Of a DNA stretch of 57,630 nt, positions 15,666-25,028 are shown piece by piece. Position numbers and translations under genes: made by a program. The stretch's first letter is position 1; each line of letters opens with the position of its first letter. The notes under the pieces were generated by a model. It saw only the letters and a program-made list of their open reading frames with translations, was not told the DNA's origin and ran no database searches. Source of the DNA: Myxococcales bacterium (GTDB lineage: Bacteria; Myxococcota_A; UBA9042); contig JBBISH010000027.1 of NCBI GenBank assembly GCA_037441385.1, positions 1-57,630 on the forward strand, written 5' to 3'.

Positions 15666-17339
15666 TCAGGGCGGACTGTGCTGCGGCTCGGGCCCGGCGC
15701 GATCCACGCCGTGCGCGGCCAGCGTCCACACCCGCACCGGCGTCGCCCTGCCCTTGACCGCGTGCTCGCCGTGAAATGCGCTGCGCAGTTGCAGGCTTGC
15801 ATCCAGCGCCTGCCAGGTAGCCTGGGTGAAGAGCAGCTCCGTCCCGGTCTCTTTGTTCAGCGCTTCAACGCGCGCTGCGACGTTGACCGCATCGCCCACC
15901 ACCGCGTACTTGACCCGGCTGGCGCTGCCGACGTTGCCGGCGACGACGCGGCCGGTGTGGATGCCGACTCGCGCGCCAATGCGAGAGATTCCGCGCGCTT
16001 GCCACAGCTCGGCCAGACCGCTGGCCTGCCACTCGGCGTTCAACGCGTGCAACCGTTGGACCATCGCGCTGGCACACTCCACCGCGGCCTGCGCATGGCC
16101 CGGCAACTCGCCTGGTGCGCCAAAGACGCAAAGAATGGCGTCGCCCTGGTACTCGATGACGCAGCCCCCGTGCTGGTCGATCAGCTCGCCCATCGCCGTC
16201 ATGTAGGCGTTGAGCGTTTGGACCACCGCGACCGGCGGCAAGAATTCGGCCAAGGTTGAATAGTTGGCCAAATCGGTCAGCAACACCGTCACTTGGCGCT
16301 CTTCGCCGCCCAGCGCCGCGGCATCGCTAGAACTGAGGACCTTGCGGGCCACTTCTTCGCTGACGTAGCGGCCAAAGGTGGCACGAATGGTCTCGCGCTC
16401 GCGCAGACCCAAGGCCATCTTGTCCAAATGCTTGGCCAGCAAGCCAAATTCGTCGTCGCGCTGCAGGTTGGTCTGCGCATCCAGCTGGCCGCGAGCGATG
16501 GCGCCCGTGGTGGCGATGATGGCCGACAGCGGCCGGCGCACGTGCCGCCCCACCAACCAGGCCATCGGCAACAGCAAAAGGACTGCAAAAACATAGATAG
16601 CCAGGGTCAGCGCGCGGACGTTGGCCTTCATGGCGGCAATCCGCTCGGCGCGCACGTCGAGCCCCAACACGGCGATGCCGCGGCCGCTGGTGTCGCGGAT
16701 CGGGGCGTAGCCGCTCATGAATTCGCCCCACTTGTCGGCGTAGGTCTCGTCTTCGGCAGTGGGGCCCTGCAGCGCCTGCTGCATCGCCGGGGTGCGACGG
16801 GCGTCGTAGAGCTCGCCGACCACCGCTGGCGCGACGCCGCCCGCCGTCACGTGATCAGCCGCGAAACGAAAGATGCCGGCCCGATCCGTGGGCAAAAGAA
16901 CATAAATACTCGTAACATCCGGCTCGTCACGGCAGATACTGGCAAAGCGATTCACCAACTGGCGGTACTCGGGTCGCGCGCGGTCCGTGGCCTGGCGCAG
17001 CACCTGCACCGACTCGGCCGGTACGCCGGCGGCGATCGACACGGCCATCGCCCGCATGCGCGACTGCAGCGCCAGCACCTCGACATCGGCGCCGTAGATG
17101 TAGAAAATCACGCCCATCAGCGTGATCACGGCAAAAACCGCGCCGCCGTACAGCCCGGTCAGGCGCACGTGGAAGCGCTGCCACAGGCCCAACGCGTCGG
17201 TGGTCAGCCCAGGCGAGTTGGGCGACGACGGGCCCGAAGCCGGGGTGGCGTCGCGGGATTCTGGGCTGGGTGCAGCGGCCACGGCCACTCCAGGGGCAAG
17301 GCGGGGTGAGCCTGGCCACGCTGCGGCCGTGCCAACCAC
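15666..17339 (-). CDS. Membrane-bound class III nucleotide cyclase (TM - periplasmic Cache-like sensor - TM - HAMP - cyclase)
   Basis: Two TM helices flank a sensor domain (YADKWGEFMSGYAPI). HAMP motif RDDEFGxLA; cyclase motifs TDLxNYS, EYQGDA, GIHTG, GNVGS and GDAVNVAARVE. The start is uncertain. Confidence 0.9.
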   Translation of the reverse strand: MVGTAAAWPGSPRLAPGVAVAAAPSPESRDATPASGPSSPNSPGLTTDALGLWQRFHVRLTGLYGGAVFAVITLMGVIFYIYGADVEVLALQSRMRAMAVSIAAGVPAESVQVLRQATDRARPEYRQLVNRFASICRDEPDVTSIYVLLPTDRAGIFRFAADHVTAGGVAPAVVGELYDARRTPAMQQALQGPTAEDETYADKWGEFMSGYAPIRDTSGRGIAVLGLDVRAERIAAMKANVRALTLAIYVFAVLLLLPMAWLVGRHVRRPLSAIIATTGAIARGQLDAQTNLQRDDEFGLLAKHLDKMALGLRERETIRATFGRYVSEEVARKVLSSSDAAALGGEERQVTVLLTDLANYSTLAEFLPPVAVVQTLNAYMTAMGELIDQHGGCVIEYQGDAILCVFGAPGELPGHAQAAVECASAMVQRLHALNAEWQASGLAELWQARGISRIGARVGIHTGRVVAGNVGSASRVKYAVVGDAVNVAARVEALNKETGTELLFTQATWQALDASLQLRSAFHGEHAVKGRATPVRVWTLAAHGVDRAGPEPQHSPP

Positions 17340-17427
17340 GGGACCGGCGCAACCCGGCTACCGTACGCGCCGCGACCAGCACGGTCAACGATTGACCGCG
17401 CCCGCGCCGGTGGCGCCTTTGCTTGGA

Positions 17428-18867
17428 CTACCGCTTGGCCGGGGCAAAATGCACATGGCTGACGGCGGGCAGCCCCGGTCCCCCTTGAATCGTGGCGATG
17501 GGTCCGCGCGACGGCGCCGCGGCGTCCAAGACGACCACGTCGGTGCGGTCGTGCTCGGCGTCCAGGACCCACACGAGCAGCCATCCGTCGTCTTCGCGCG
17601 TCGCCCCGGGGCGCGGAACCATTTGGACTGGCGACACAAATCGCCGCGGGCCGGCATGCCAGGTGTCGACGGCGCCGGTCTCGAAGTCGACCTTGGCCAC
17701 GGCGCGGAAGAACAGGTAGGCCGTGTCGTCGGGCGTGGGCGCCCCGCCACCAGAGGTGCCAGACCAGCCAAAGCGCGAGGGTCGGCCGTGCCAGCCAGGA
17801 TGGGTCGAGGGAGCTTCTGTAGCAATGCTGGCGACTTCCTGCACCTGAACTCCGCCGCTGGCGGTGACGCGCAAGCGAGTTGGGCGCGGACCGCGCTGGG
17901 GACCGGCGGCAAGGCCAAAGCGCGCTTGCAGCTCGGGCGGGTAGGTCGCGGCAAACGACGGCTTGCCTGGATAGCCGCAGACGTCGACCACCAATTCCCC
18001 ACCGGTCAGCTCGAAGGCGTTGAACATATGGAAGAAGAACAGCCCAGGCACCGGCACCGTGCGCGGTTCGCCGCCAGCCCGCGGCACGATGACCAAGTGC
18101 GGCGTGGCCTGCGGATCGTAGCCGATGGCATCAAAACCCGGCTTGGCGCCCCACAAAAGCGAGCCCAGCGACAGCTGACCCCATTGGAACACCACCACAA
18201 AGTTGGGCGTGACCGCGATGTCGTGCAGGTTGCCCGTCCCAGCCGGCAACTGGCCGTGGCTGGTCCGCGCGACCGCGCCGCTGCGGTCGATCTCGAAGAT
18301 CTGCACCTTGGCCCGGCCGCCTGGGGAACCCGCCACCAGACAAGTGACCAAACGGTCGGAACCGGGGCAATAGCGCATCATTTGTGCGGTATTGGTCGGT
18401 GCGCCGCGCCAAGCGCCCGTCAGGTCGCTGGGGCCCACGGTGGCCAGCGTGTCGGGGGCCAAGGCGGTGTGGCCAAACGCGTCCGTGGCGTGCAGTTTCC
18501 CGGCCCAAGCATACACCGCGTGCGAGGTCGGGTTGGCCAGCTTGGCGTTCAGCAAGTTCTTCCATCGCGATGGCAGGTTGGTGAACACGAAGCGCTCGGC
18601 CTGTTTGCCAGCGGCGCGCGCCTTGCGCAGCGAGGGGGTGTCGACCAGTTTGGCCTGCAGGCGCGGTGGACCGTCGCCCAAGCGCAGCGAGGCCACCAGA
18701 CCCAGGCCATCCAGCAGCGCAAGTTTGTCGGGGCCGCACTGCAGCAAACCCGGGCCGATACGCAAGAAATCGCCGCGAAGCTCAGCCGGCAAATCGCCTT
18801 GCACGTCGGTCAGGGCTATGTCCAGGTCGCGGTCGAACGAGCGAAACAACAAGTCGTGATCAGGCAT
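17428..18867 (-). CDS. Carotenoid oxygenase/RPE65 family dioxygenase homologue
   Basis: Motifs GxLPxxLxGxFxRxGPG, DGxG, HDIAVT, FHMFNAFE, EDDGWLL, VLDA and a C-terminal His. Probable ATG start at 18867. Confidence 0.85.
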   Translation of the reverse strand: MPDHDLLFRSFDRDLDIALTDVQGDLPAELRGDFLRIGPGLLQCGPDKLALLDGLGLVASLRLGDGPPRLQAKLVDTPSLRKARAAGKQAERFVFTNLPSRWKNLLNAKLANPTSHAVYAWAGKLHATDAFGHTALAPDTLATVGPSDLTGAWRGAPTNTAQMMRYCPGSDRLVTCLVAGSPGGRAKVQIFEIDRSGAVARTSHGQLPAGTGNLHDIAVTPNFVVVFQWGQLSLGSLLWGAKPGFDAIGYDPQATPHLVIVPRAGGEPRTVPVPGLFFFHMFNAFELTGGELVVDVCGYPGKPSFAATYPPELQARFGLAAGPQRGPRPTRLRVTASGGVQVQEVASIATEAPSTHPGWHGRPSRFGWSGTSGGGAPTPDDTAYLFFRAVAKVDFETGAVDTWHAGPRRFVSPVQMVPRPGATREDDGWLLVWVLDAEHDRTDVVVLDAAAPSRGPIATIQGGPGLPAVSHVHFAPAKR

Positions 18868-19026
18868 GGAGTATTCGTCCAAATGGTGCAGACCTGCAGA
18901 GTGGGTGTCGCCCCGCCTCTCCGTCAACCCAAGGCTCTGTACGTGCCTGACATGCTTGGTGCATTGGCCGGACGAGACCTTGCCTCTGGGGTAGGTATGG
19001 TCGTCGCGGGCTGGAACACGTGCCAC

Positions 19027-19056
19027 AACATGGCAAAACATGGCAAAACATGGTAA
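19027..19056. repeat. Three 10-bp tandem repeats (AACATGGYAA) in a divergent intergenic region
   Basis: aacatggcaa aacatggcaa aacatggtaa, read directly from the sequence. Confidence 0.8.
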
Positions 19057-19178
19057 AATTGCATCCGATTGTCCGGAAGCGGTCCTGCTCTCTGGCCGGT
19101 GCTCGCACGGCGCTGGCTACGGCTTGCCGCGGGGAGTGGCCGGGTCTACCCTGCCAGTGGGCGGCGGCAAGGTGAAGC

Positions 19179-20087
19179 ATGGCAACGGGCAACGCAACTC
19201 GGAAAAAAGGCAGCTGCGCCATCCCGGCGACCGCAGGGCGGGCACGGGCGTCGAACCAGGGTATCGCGCGTAACCTGGCCTATTCGCTGGTGGTGTTGGT
19301 CTTGGCCGCAGGATGCAGCAAGTCCAACAGTGTCTCGGCGGCGCTGCAACCGGCCGATACCAGCGCCGTCAACCTGGCCGCCGTGCTCGCGACCGACATT
19401 GGGCCCCAACCGGCCGAGTCGGCCAAGGAGCCCGAGCCCAAGAACATCATCCCGCCGGAGTCGGGAGCGGCGCGCGCCGGGCAAGAGGCCGATCCGTTCG
19501 TGCGGTTTGCCGACGTGACCAACGACGCAGAACTGCGGGTCGTTTTTGAGGAAATTGTCCGCGATCCGCCAACCAAGGCGCAGGCCGAAAAACTGCGGGC
19601 CAAGGGTCAGGCGGGCATCGATGCCCTGACGCGCGCGCTGTGGTGCGAGAATCCGAACCTGCGCCTGAAGGTGGCGGCGCTGTTTGCCGAGCTGGAGCCG
19701 CCGGCGACCGCCGAGATCGACAAAGCGTTCGTGCGCGCCCTGCTCTACGAGCCCCTGCCCGCGGCTCGCGGCAACACGGCGCGGGCACTGGTGGACTACA
19801 AGTTGGCGGGTGCGGTGGCAGCATTGATCGAGGTTTTGGAGCACGACAAGGATGCGAACGCGCGGTCGCACTCGGCCTATGCGCTGGGGGCGATGCGGTC
19901 GCAGTCGGCCGTGCCGGCCTTGGCGCGGGCCGTGCGCGATCCCGAGTCGTGGGTGCGGATTCGCGCGGCGACGGCTCTGGGGCGTTGCAGCGGCTTAGAG
20001 GCCAAGCAGGCTCTGACCGCGGCGCTGCGCGACTCGAACGACCTGGTGCGCGATGCCGCCAAGCGAGCTTTGGGCAAGGTCAAATAG
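19179..20087 (+). CDS. HEAT/PBS-lyase repeat lipoprotein
   Basis: Hydrophobic stretch ending in LAAGC; repeated DxxxxVRxxAAxALG motifs. The start may lie further downstream. Confidence 0.8.
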   Translation: MATGNATRKKGSCAIPATAGRARASNQGIARNLAYSLVVLVLAAGCSKSNSVSAALQPADTSAVNLAAVLATDIGPQPAESAKEPEPKNIIPPESGAARAGQEADPFVRFADVTNDAELRVVFEEIVRDPPTKAQAEKLRAKGQAGIDALTRALWCENPNLRLKVAALFAELEPPATAEIDKAFVRALLYEPLPAARGNTARALVDYKLAGAVAALIEVLEHDKDANARSHSAYALGAMRSQSAVPALARAVRDPESWVRIRAATALGRCSGLEAKQALTAALRDSNDLVRDAAKRALGKVK

Positions 20088-20201
20088 CCCAAACATTCGT
20101 CGAATTGCTCGCGAATTCAGTAGGTTTGGCCGTGGTTGACCCTGCACCCCGCCGTGGGCAAACTCTGGCCTCGCGCCATCGCCGAGCGCGTGGGAGCCGC
20201 C

Positions 20202-20675
20202 GTGCCCGCAGAGTCTGTAGAAGCCTATTTGTCCGCGCTGCCCGATGACCGCCGGGCCCTGGTGACTGCCCTGCGCGACACGATTCGGGGCGCGCTGCCG
20301 CCGGGGTACGAAGAAGGCATTCAGTACGGCATGATCGGCTATTACGTGCCGCACAGCGTCTATCCGGCCGGCTACCACTGCGATCCCAAGCAACCGGTAC
20401 CCTTTGCCGGGTTGGCGTCGCAAAAAGGTCACGTGGCCCTGCACATGCTTGGCCTGTACATGAACCCGGCGCGGGCCGAGCGGTTCAGCCAAGCGTGGCA
20501 AGCGACCGGAAAAAAGCTTGATATGGGCAAGGGTTGCGTACGCATCCCGTACCTGGACGCGGTGCCGTTGGCGGTGCTGGCCGAGTTGGTGGCGTCGATC
20601 CCGGTGGCCGCGTTTCTGGCCGACTATCAGGCGGCGCTGGCCGGGCGCAAGGCAGCTACCAAGAAGGCGAAGTAG
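20202..20675 (+). CDS. DUF1801 (YdhG-like) domain protein
   Basis: SVEAYL...R..I...LP.GYEE...YGMIGY.VP...YP.GYHCDP..P.PF..LASQK and KLDMGKGC motifs. GTG start after GGAG. Confidence 0.85.
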   Translation: MPAESVEAYLSALPDDRRALVTALRDTIRGALPPGYEEGIQYGMIGYYVPHSVYPAGYHCDPKQPVPFAGLASQKGHVALHMLGLYMNPARAERFSQAWQATGKKLDMGKGCVRIPYLDAVPLAVLAELVASIPVAAFLADYQAALAGRKAATKKAK

Positions 20676-20723
20676 GCACTTCTTGCGTTGGCGTGCCCGC
20701 GCCGGGCCGGCGACCCACCTGGT

Positions 20724-20777
20724 GAATCCCTACAGCGAATCCCTACAGCGAATCCCTACAGCGAATCCCTACAGCGA
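20724..20777. repeat. 13-bp tandem repeat (GAATCCCTACAGC) x4 overlapping the stop codon of the adjacent minus-strand gene
   Basis: Four exact copies at 20724, 20737, 20750 and 20763. Confidence 0.95.
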
Positions 20778-23111
20778 GCAACTGCCGCTCTTGCACTGCA
20801 GCGGCGTCATGCACGACTTGCCGCACGCCCCGCAATTGCTGCTGTCGGTCTTGGTGTTGACGCACTTGCCGTTGCACAGCGAGAAGCCGGCCTTGCAGGC
20901 AAAGTCGCAGGTGCCTTTGCTGCAGAGAGGGTCGGCATTGGCGGGCGCCGTGCAGGCCTTGCCGCAGCCGCCGCAGTTGGCGACATCCACCTTGAAGTCC
21001 AGGCACTTGCCAGCGCACTTGCCGTAGCCGTCCGCGCAGCTGTAATCGCACACGCTGCTGTTGCACAGGGGTTCGCCGTGGTCGGGCGCGGTGCAGCCTT
21101 TGCCGCAGCCGCCGCAGTTGCTCACGTCGCCGCTGGTGTTGACGCAGGCGCCGGTGCATTGGGTCGTGCCGTTGGGGCAACTGGTGACGCAGGTGCCGCC
21201 AGAGCACACCTGGTTGGTGCCGCAGGCCTTGCCGCAGCCGCCGCAGTTGGCCGCGTCGGACTGGAAGTTGACGCAAGCCGAGCCGCAGGCCGTGTAGCCC
21301 GTGTTGCAGCTGATGCCACACGCGCCCGTCGAGCAGGTGGCGGTGCCACTGGCCGGCGCAGCGCAGATGTTGTCGCACTTGCCGCAGTTGGCTACGTCCG
21401 CCGCGGTGGCAAGGCACTTGTCGCCGCACTTGGTGGTGCCGGGGAGGCAATCAAAGCCGCAGATGCCGGCGCTGCAGGTGGCGCTTCCGCCGTCGGGAGC
21501 TGTGCACAAGTTGCCGCAGCCGTTGCAGTTCTTGATGTCTTTCTTGGTGTCTACGCACGAGCCGCCGCAGTTGGTGGTGCCCGCCGGGCAGCTGGTGATG
21601 CACGAACCACCTGAGCACACTTGATCCGCGCCACACGCCTTGCCGCAGCCGCCGCAGTGGCCTTTGTCGCTCTTGGTGTCCACGCATTGGTCGCCGCAAG
21701 CAGTGTAGCCCGTGTTGCATTGGATGCCGCACTTGCCGGCGCTGCAGGTGGCCTGGCCAAAGCTGGGCACGGCGCACTTGGCGCCGCACTTGCCGCAGCT
21801 GTCCAAATCGGTCTGCAGGTCCAAGCAGGCTTGGTCGCAGGCGGTGTAGCCCGCGTCGCAGGCAAAGCCGCACTTGCCGGCGGCGCACGTCGGCTGGCCG
21901 AACGTGGGGGCCAGGCACTTGTTGCCGCACACGTCGCAGTTGGACGGGTCGCCCTTCAGATCCACGCACGAGCCAGAGCAATTGGTGGTGCCGCTGGGGC
22001 AGCTGGTGGTGCACTGGCCGGCCGAGCAGACCTGGTTGGGGCCGCAGACTTTGCCGCAGGCGCCGCAGTTGTTGAAATCGCTGCCTTTGTCCACGCACTT
22101 GTTGCCGCACTTGCTGTGAGTGGGCAGACACTTGACGTCGCACTTGCCGTCGCTGCAGGTCGCTGAACCGTTGGCGGGGTTGGGGCAGACGTTGTTGCAG
22201 GTGCCGCAGTTTTCCAGGTCGGTTTGGGCGGCGACGCACTGCACGCCGCATTGCAGGTAGCCGTCGTTGCATTTGAACGCGCAGGCACCGCCGCTGCAGA
22301 TCGGCGAAGCATTGGCGGGCACTTGGCAGGCTTGGCCGCAGCCGCCACAGTGGCCAACAGTGCTCTGCAGGTCTACGCATGCACCGCTGCAGTTGGTGGT
22401 GCCGCTGGGGCAACTGGTCGTGCACTTGCCGGCGGCGCAGACCTCGTCTTTGCCGCAGGCCTTGCCGCACTCGCCGCAGTTTTGCGGGTCGCTCAAGTTG
22501 GACACGCACTTGTCGCCGCACAAGCTGTAACCGGGTTTGCACGTGGTCAGGCACTTGCTCACCGCGCACGACACGTCGCCGTTTTCGACGGGCGCGCAGG
22601 CCTTGCCGCACCCGCCGCAGTGGTTGACGTCGCTGGTGGTGTCTAGGCACAAGTCGCCGCAGTGCGAAAATCCAGACTTGCAGGCGATGCCGCAGGTGCC
22701 GGCGCTGCAGCTGGGGTCGCCGTTGGCGGTGCCGGGGCACGCGTGGTTGCATTCGTTGCAGTGGTCGGGGTTGGCCTTGGTGTCCACGCACGAGCCGCCG
22801 CAGTTGGTGGTGCCGCTGGGGCAACCGGCGACGCATTTGCCGGTGCTACAGACTTGGCCGCCGGGGCAGGCCTTGCCACAAGCGCCGCAGTGGTTGGGGT
22901 CGCTCTGCAGATCGGCGCAAGTATCTCCGCAAGCTTCTTTGCCGCCGGAGCAAACGAGCGCGTCTTGACTGCCGTCGATGCTTCCCGCGCTGCTGTCGTT
23001 CGACTTGGCGGCAGTCGCTACAGGTTCGGCCGGCGCGCACGCCGCCAAGGCCAGCAAGCTCGCTAGCAGTGCGGGCAGAAGTCGCACTCCCAAGTTGCTC
23101 GTGAAACTCAT
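20769..23111 (-). CDS. Cysteine-rich repeat lipoprotein (Stig1/MXAN_6577-like DxxNCGxCGxxC repeats)
   Basis: GGAGG RBS, signal peptide with an LAAC lipobox, and many DxxHCGxCGxAC/NCGxCG repeats arranged in five higher-order modules. Confidence 0.85.
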   Translation of the reverse strand: MSFTSNLGVRLLPALLASLLALAACAPAEPVATAAKSNDSSAGSIDGSQDALVCSGGKEACGDTCADLQSDPNHCGACGKACPGGQVCSTGKCVAGCPSGTTNCGGSCVDTKANPDHCNECNHACPGTANGDPSCSAGTCGIACKSGFSHCGDLCLDTTSDVNHCGGCGKACAPVENGDVSCAVSKCLTTCKPGYSLCGDKCVSNLSDPQNCGECGKACGKDEVCAAGKCTTSCPSGTTNCSGACVDLQSTVGHCGGCGQACQVPANASPICSGGACAFKCNDGYLQCGVQCVAAQTDLENCGTCNNVCPNPANGSATCSDGKCDVKCLPTHSKCGNKCVDKGSDFNNCGACGKVCGPNQVCSAGQCTTSCPSGTTNCSGSCVDLKGDPSNCDVCGNKCLAPTFGQPTCAAGKCGFACDAGYTACDQACLDLQTDLDSCGKCGAKCAVPSFGQATCSAGKCGIQCNTGYTACGDQCVDTKSDKGHCGGCGKACGADQVCSGGSCITSCPAGTTNCGGSCVDTKKDIKNCNGCGNLCTAPDGGSATCSAGICGFDCLPGTTKCGDKCLATAADVANCGKCDNICAAPASGTATCSTGACGISCNTGYTACGSACVNFQSDAANCGGCGKACGTNQVCSGGTCVTSCPNGTTQCTGACVNTSGDVSNCGGCGKGCTAPDHGEPLCNSSVCDYSCADGYGKCAGKCLDFKVDVANCGGCGKACTAPANADPLCSKGTCDFACKAGFSLCNGKCVNTKTDSSNCGACGKSCMTPLQCKSGSCSL

Positions 23112-23217
23112 GATCTTTCCTCCATTCCCGCGGCACAAGGCGCCGTGGGACACTCCGGGCAGTCAAATCGGACCACCACGGTCCTGTTTGCCGCCGAATC
23201 TCTGCGCCCGCCGCCCG

Positions 23218-24975
23218 CTAGGACGGCAAAGGAGCCACGCAAACCTGGTTGCGGCCTGCGGCTTTGGCTTGGTAGAGCGCGCTATCGGCGCACCCGAGCA
23301 GTTCGTTCCAGTTGCGGCCATGGCACGGGAACAGGGCCACGCCGATCGACAGCGTGACCCGGCCCTCGGCCTGGCAAGCTGCGCGCAATCGCTCGGCGTA
23401 CTGGGCCGCCTGGGTGAGCTCGGCGCACGACAGAATCACGACGAATTCCTCGCCGCCAAACCGGCACACCACGTCGTCTTTGCGGGTATTTCGCTGCAGC
23501 AGGGCTGCCAGTTGTTGCAGAGCCACGTCGGCCGCCACGTGGCCGTGCTCGTCGTTGAACTGCTTGAAGTGGTCCACGTCGATCATCAAGACCGCCATCG
23601 AACCAGTCTGGCGATTGGCGCGCGCCACCTCGCGTTGGGCGGCCTCTTCCAAGTAGCGGCGGTTGTACAGGTCGGTCAGCGGATCGCGCATCGACAGCTG
23701 CCGCAACCGCTCGCGCAAGTCCAGGCTGTGCAACGCTTTGCCCAGGTGATCGCCCACGGACGCGGCCAGGGCCTCGATCACCGGCATCTGCAGGGGCGGT
23801 TCGTGGTCGGTCTGCGCAGACAGCACCATCAGCGCTTGGGCGCGGCCATGCAGGGCCATGGGAATGCACAGGTGCGTCTCGGACTTGTCGGTCTGCACGT
23901 GGCGGCACACGGGCGGGTGGCCGGGGTGCGAGCGGTGGACTTGGCCGCGGCGCAGCGCCCAACAGTCGGTCACGTCGACGCAATCGCCTGCCGCGCTCGC
24001 AGGCACGGGCTCCAGGATCCCGCTGTCGCCGCGCTGGGCGTAGAGCTTCACGCCCATGTTGGGAAAGAGGTTCGAGGCGTAGGCCAGCACCACGTCGTAG
24101 GCCTCGCTGGCGCTCATCGCGTGTTGCAGCAGCGATGCCATCTCACTAAGTAGGGTCACCTCTTGGCGGTGCCGCTGCAGCTCGGCCACGTGGGCCTGCA
24201 ATTGCGCGTCGTGACGCTTGCGGTCCGTGATGTCGACTACGGAACACAGCACATGCACGCCCGTCGCGGTGTTCATGGGACACAGCGTGACTTCGACCTG
24301 CACGGGAGTGCCGTCTTTGCGCACGCCAAACACGTCGTGGCCGGGGGCCATCCGGCGCTGACCGGCATCGGTCCCGAATTGGCCGCGCAGCCGCAGGTGG
24401 CGGGCGCGCACCGTCAGCGGCAACAGGGTGTCTACAGATTGCCCCGTCATCTCAGCGCGATCGTAGCCGAACAGCTCTTCGAACTGGCGGTTGACCAGCA
24501 CGATGCGACCTTGTTCGTCGGTCAGGATGATGGCGGTGGGCGACGTCTCGACCGCCTTGCGGTAGAGGTCGATCTCGGCGCGAGTGTCGGTGACATCCAC
24601 AGCCACACCCAGGAGATAGCCGGCATTGGGCTCGCACTGAACTGTCCAACGCAGCCAGCGCGGCCGAAATTCGCCCACGACCAGCCGATGCTCAAAGGTG
24701 GCGACTTGCTTGGTCGCGGCGGCGTGAACCAGCTCGCGCATGGTGGTTTCGCGGTCGTCGGGGTGCACCCAGTGCAGCAGCGGCTGCAGCGCAAGGTCGC
24801 CGATGGCCATGTGCAAGGCCGTGCCCCAGCTGGGGCTGAGGTAGACGAAGTTGCCCTCTAGGTCCAAGATGCAGCGCAAGTCGTTGGAAAGTTGCTGGAA
24901 CATCTCGGCGTCAGCGGCGGTCGGTTCGCGCAAGGCGATGGCGGCAAATGAACCAGTCTGGCGAAATTGGCGCAT
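23218..24975 (-). CDS. Diguanylate cyclase with two PAS domains and a GAF-like domain
   Basis: PAS motifs (VHPDDR; NRQFEELFGY...RKDG), DPLTxLYNRRY, DVDHFKxFND, an RxxD I-site and GGEEF. Confidence 0.93.
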   Translation of the reverse strand: MRQFRQTGSFAAIALREPTAADAEMFQQLSNDLRCILDLEGNFVYLSPSWGTALHMAIGDLALQPLLHWVHPDDRETTMRELVHAAATKQVATFEHRLVVGEFRPRWLRWTVQCEPNAGYLLGVAVDVTDTRAEIDLYRKAVETSPTAIILTDEQGRIVLVNRQFEELFGYDRAEMTGQSVDTLLPLTVRARHLRLRGQFGTDAGQRRMAPGHDVFGVRKDGTPVQVEVTLCPMNTATGVHVLCSVVDITDRKRHDAQLQAHVAELQRHRQEVTLLSEMASLLQHAMSASEAYDVVLAYASNLFPNMGVKLYAQRGDSGILEPVPASAAGDCVDVTDCWALRRGQVHRSHPGHPPVCRHVQTDKSETHLCIPMALHGRAQALMVLSAQTDHEPPLQMPVIEALAASVGDHLGKALHSLDLRERLRQLSMRDPLTDLYNRRYLEEAAQREVARANRQTGSMAVLMIDVDHFKQFNDEHGHVAADVALQQLAALLQRNTRKDDVVCRFGGEEFVVILSCAELTQAAQYAERLRAACQAEGRVTLSIGVALFPCHGRNWNELLGCADSALYQAKAAGRNQVCVAPLPS

Positions 24976-25028
24976 CGTGTCCCCCTTCCAAGCTGGCCCG
25001 CCGGCACTGCGATCCCGTTGCGGGCATG

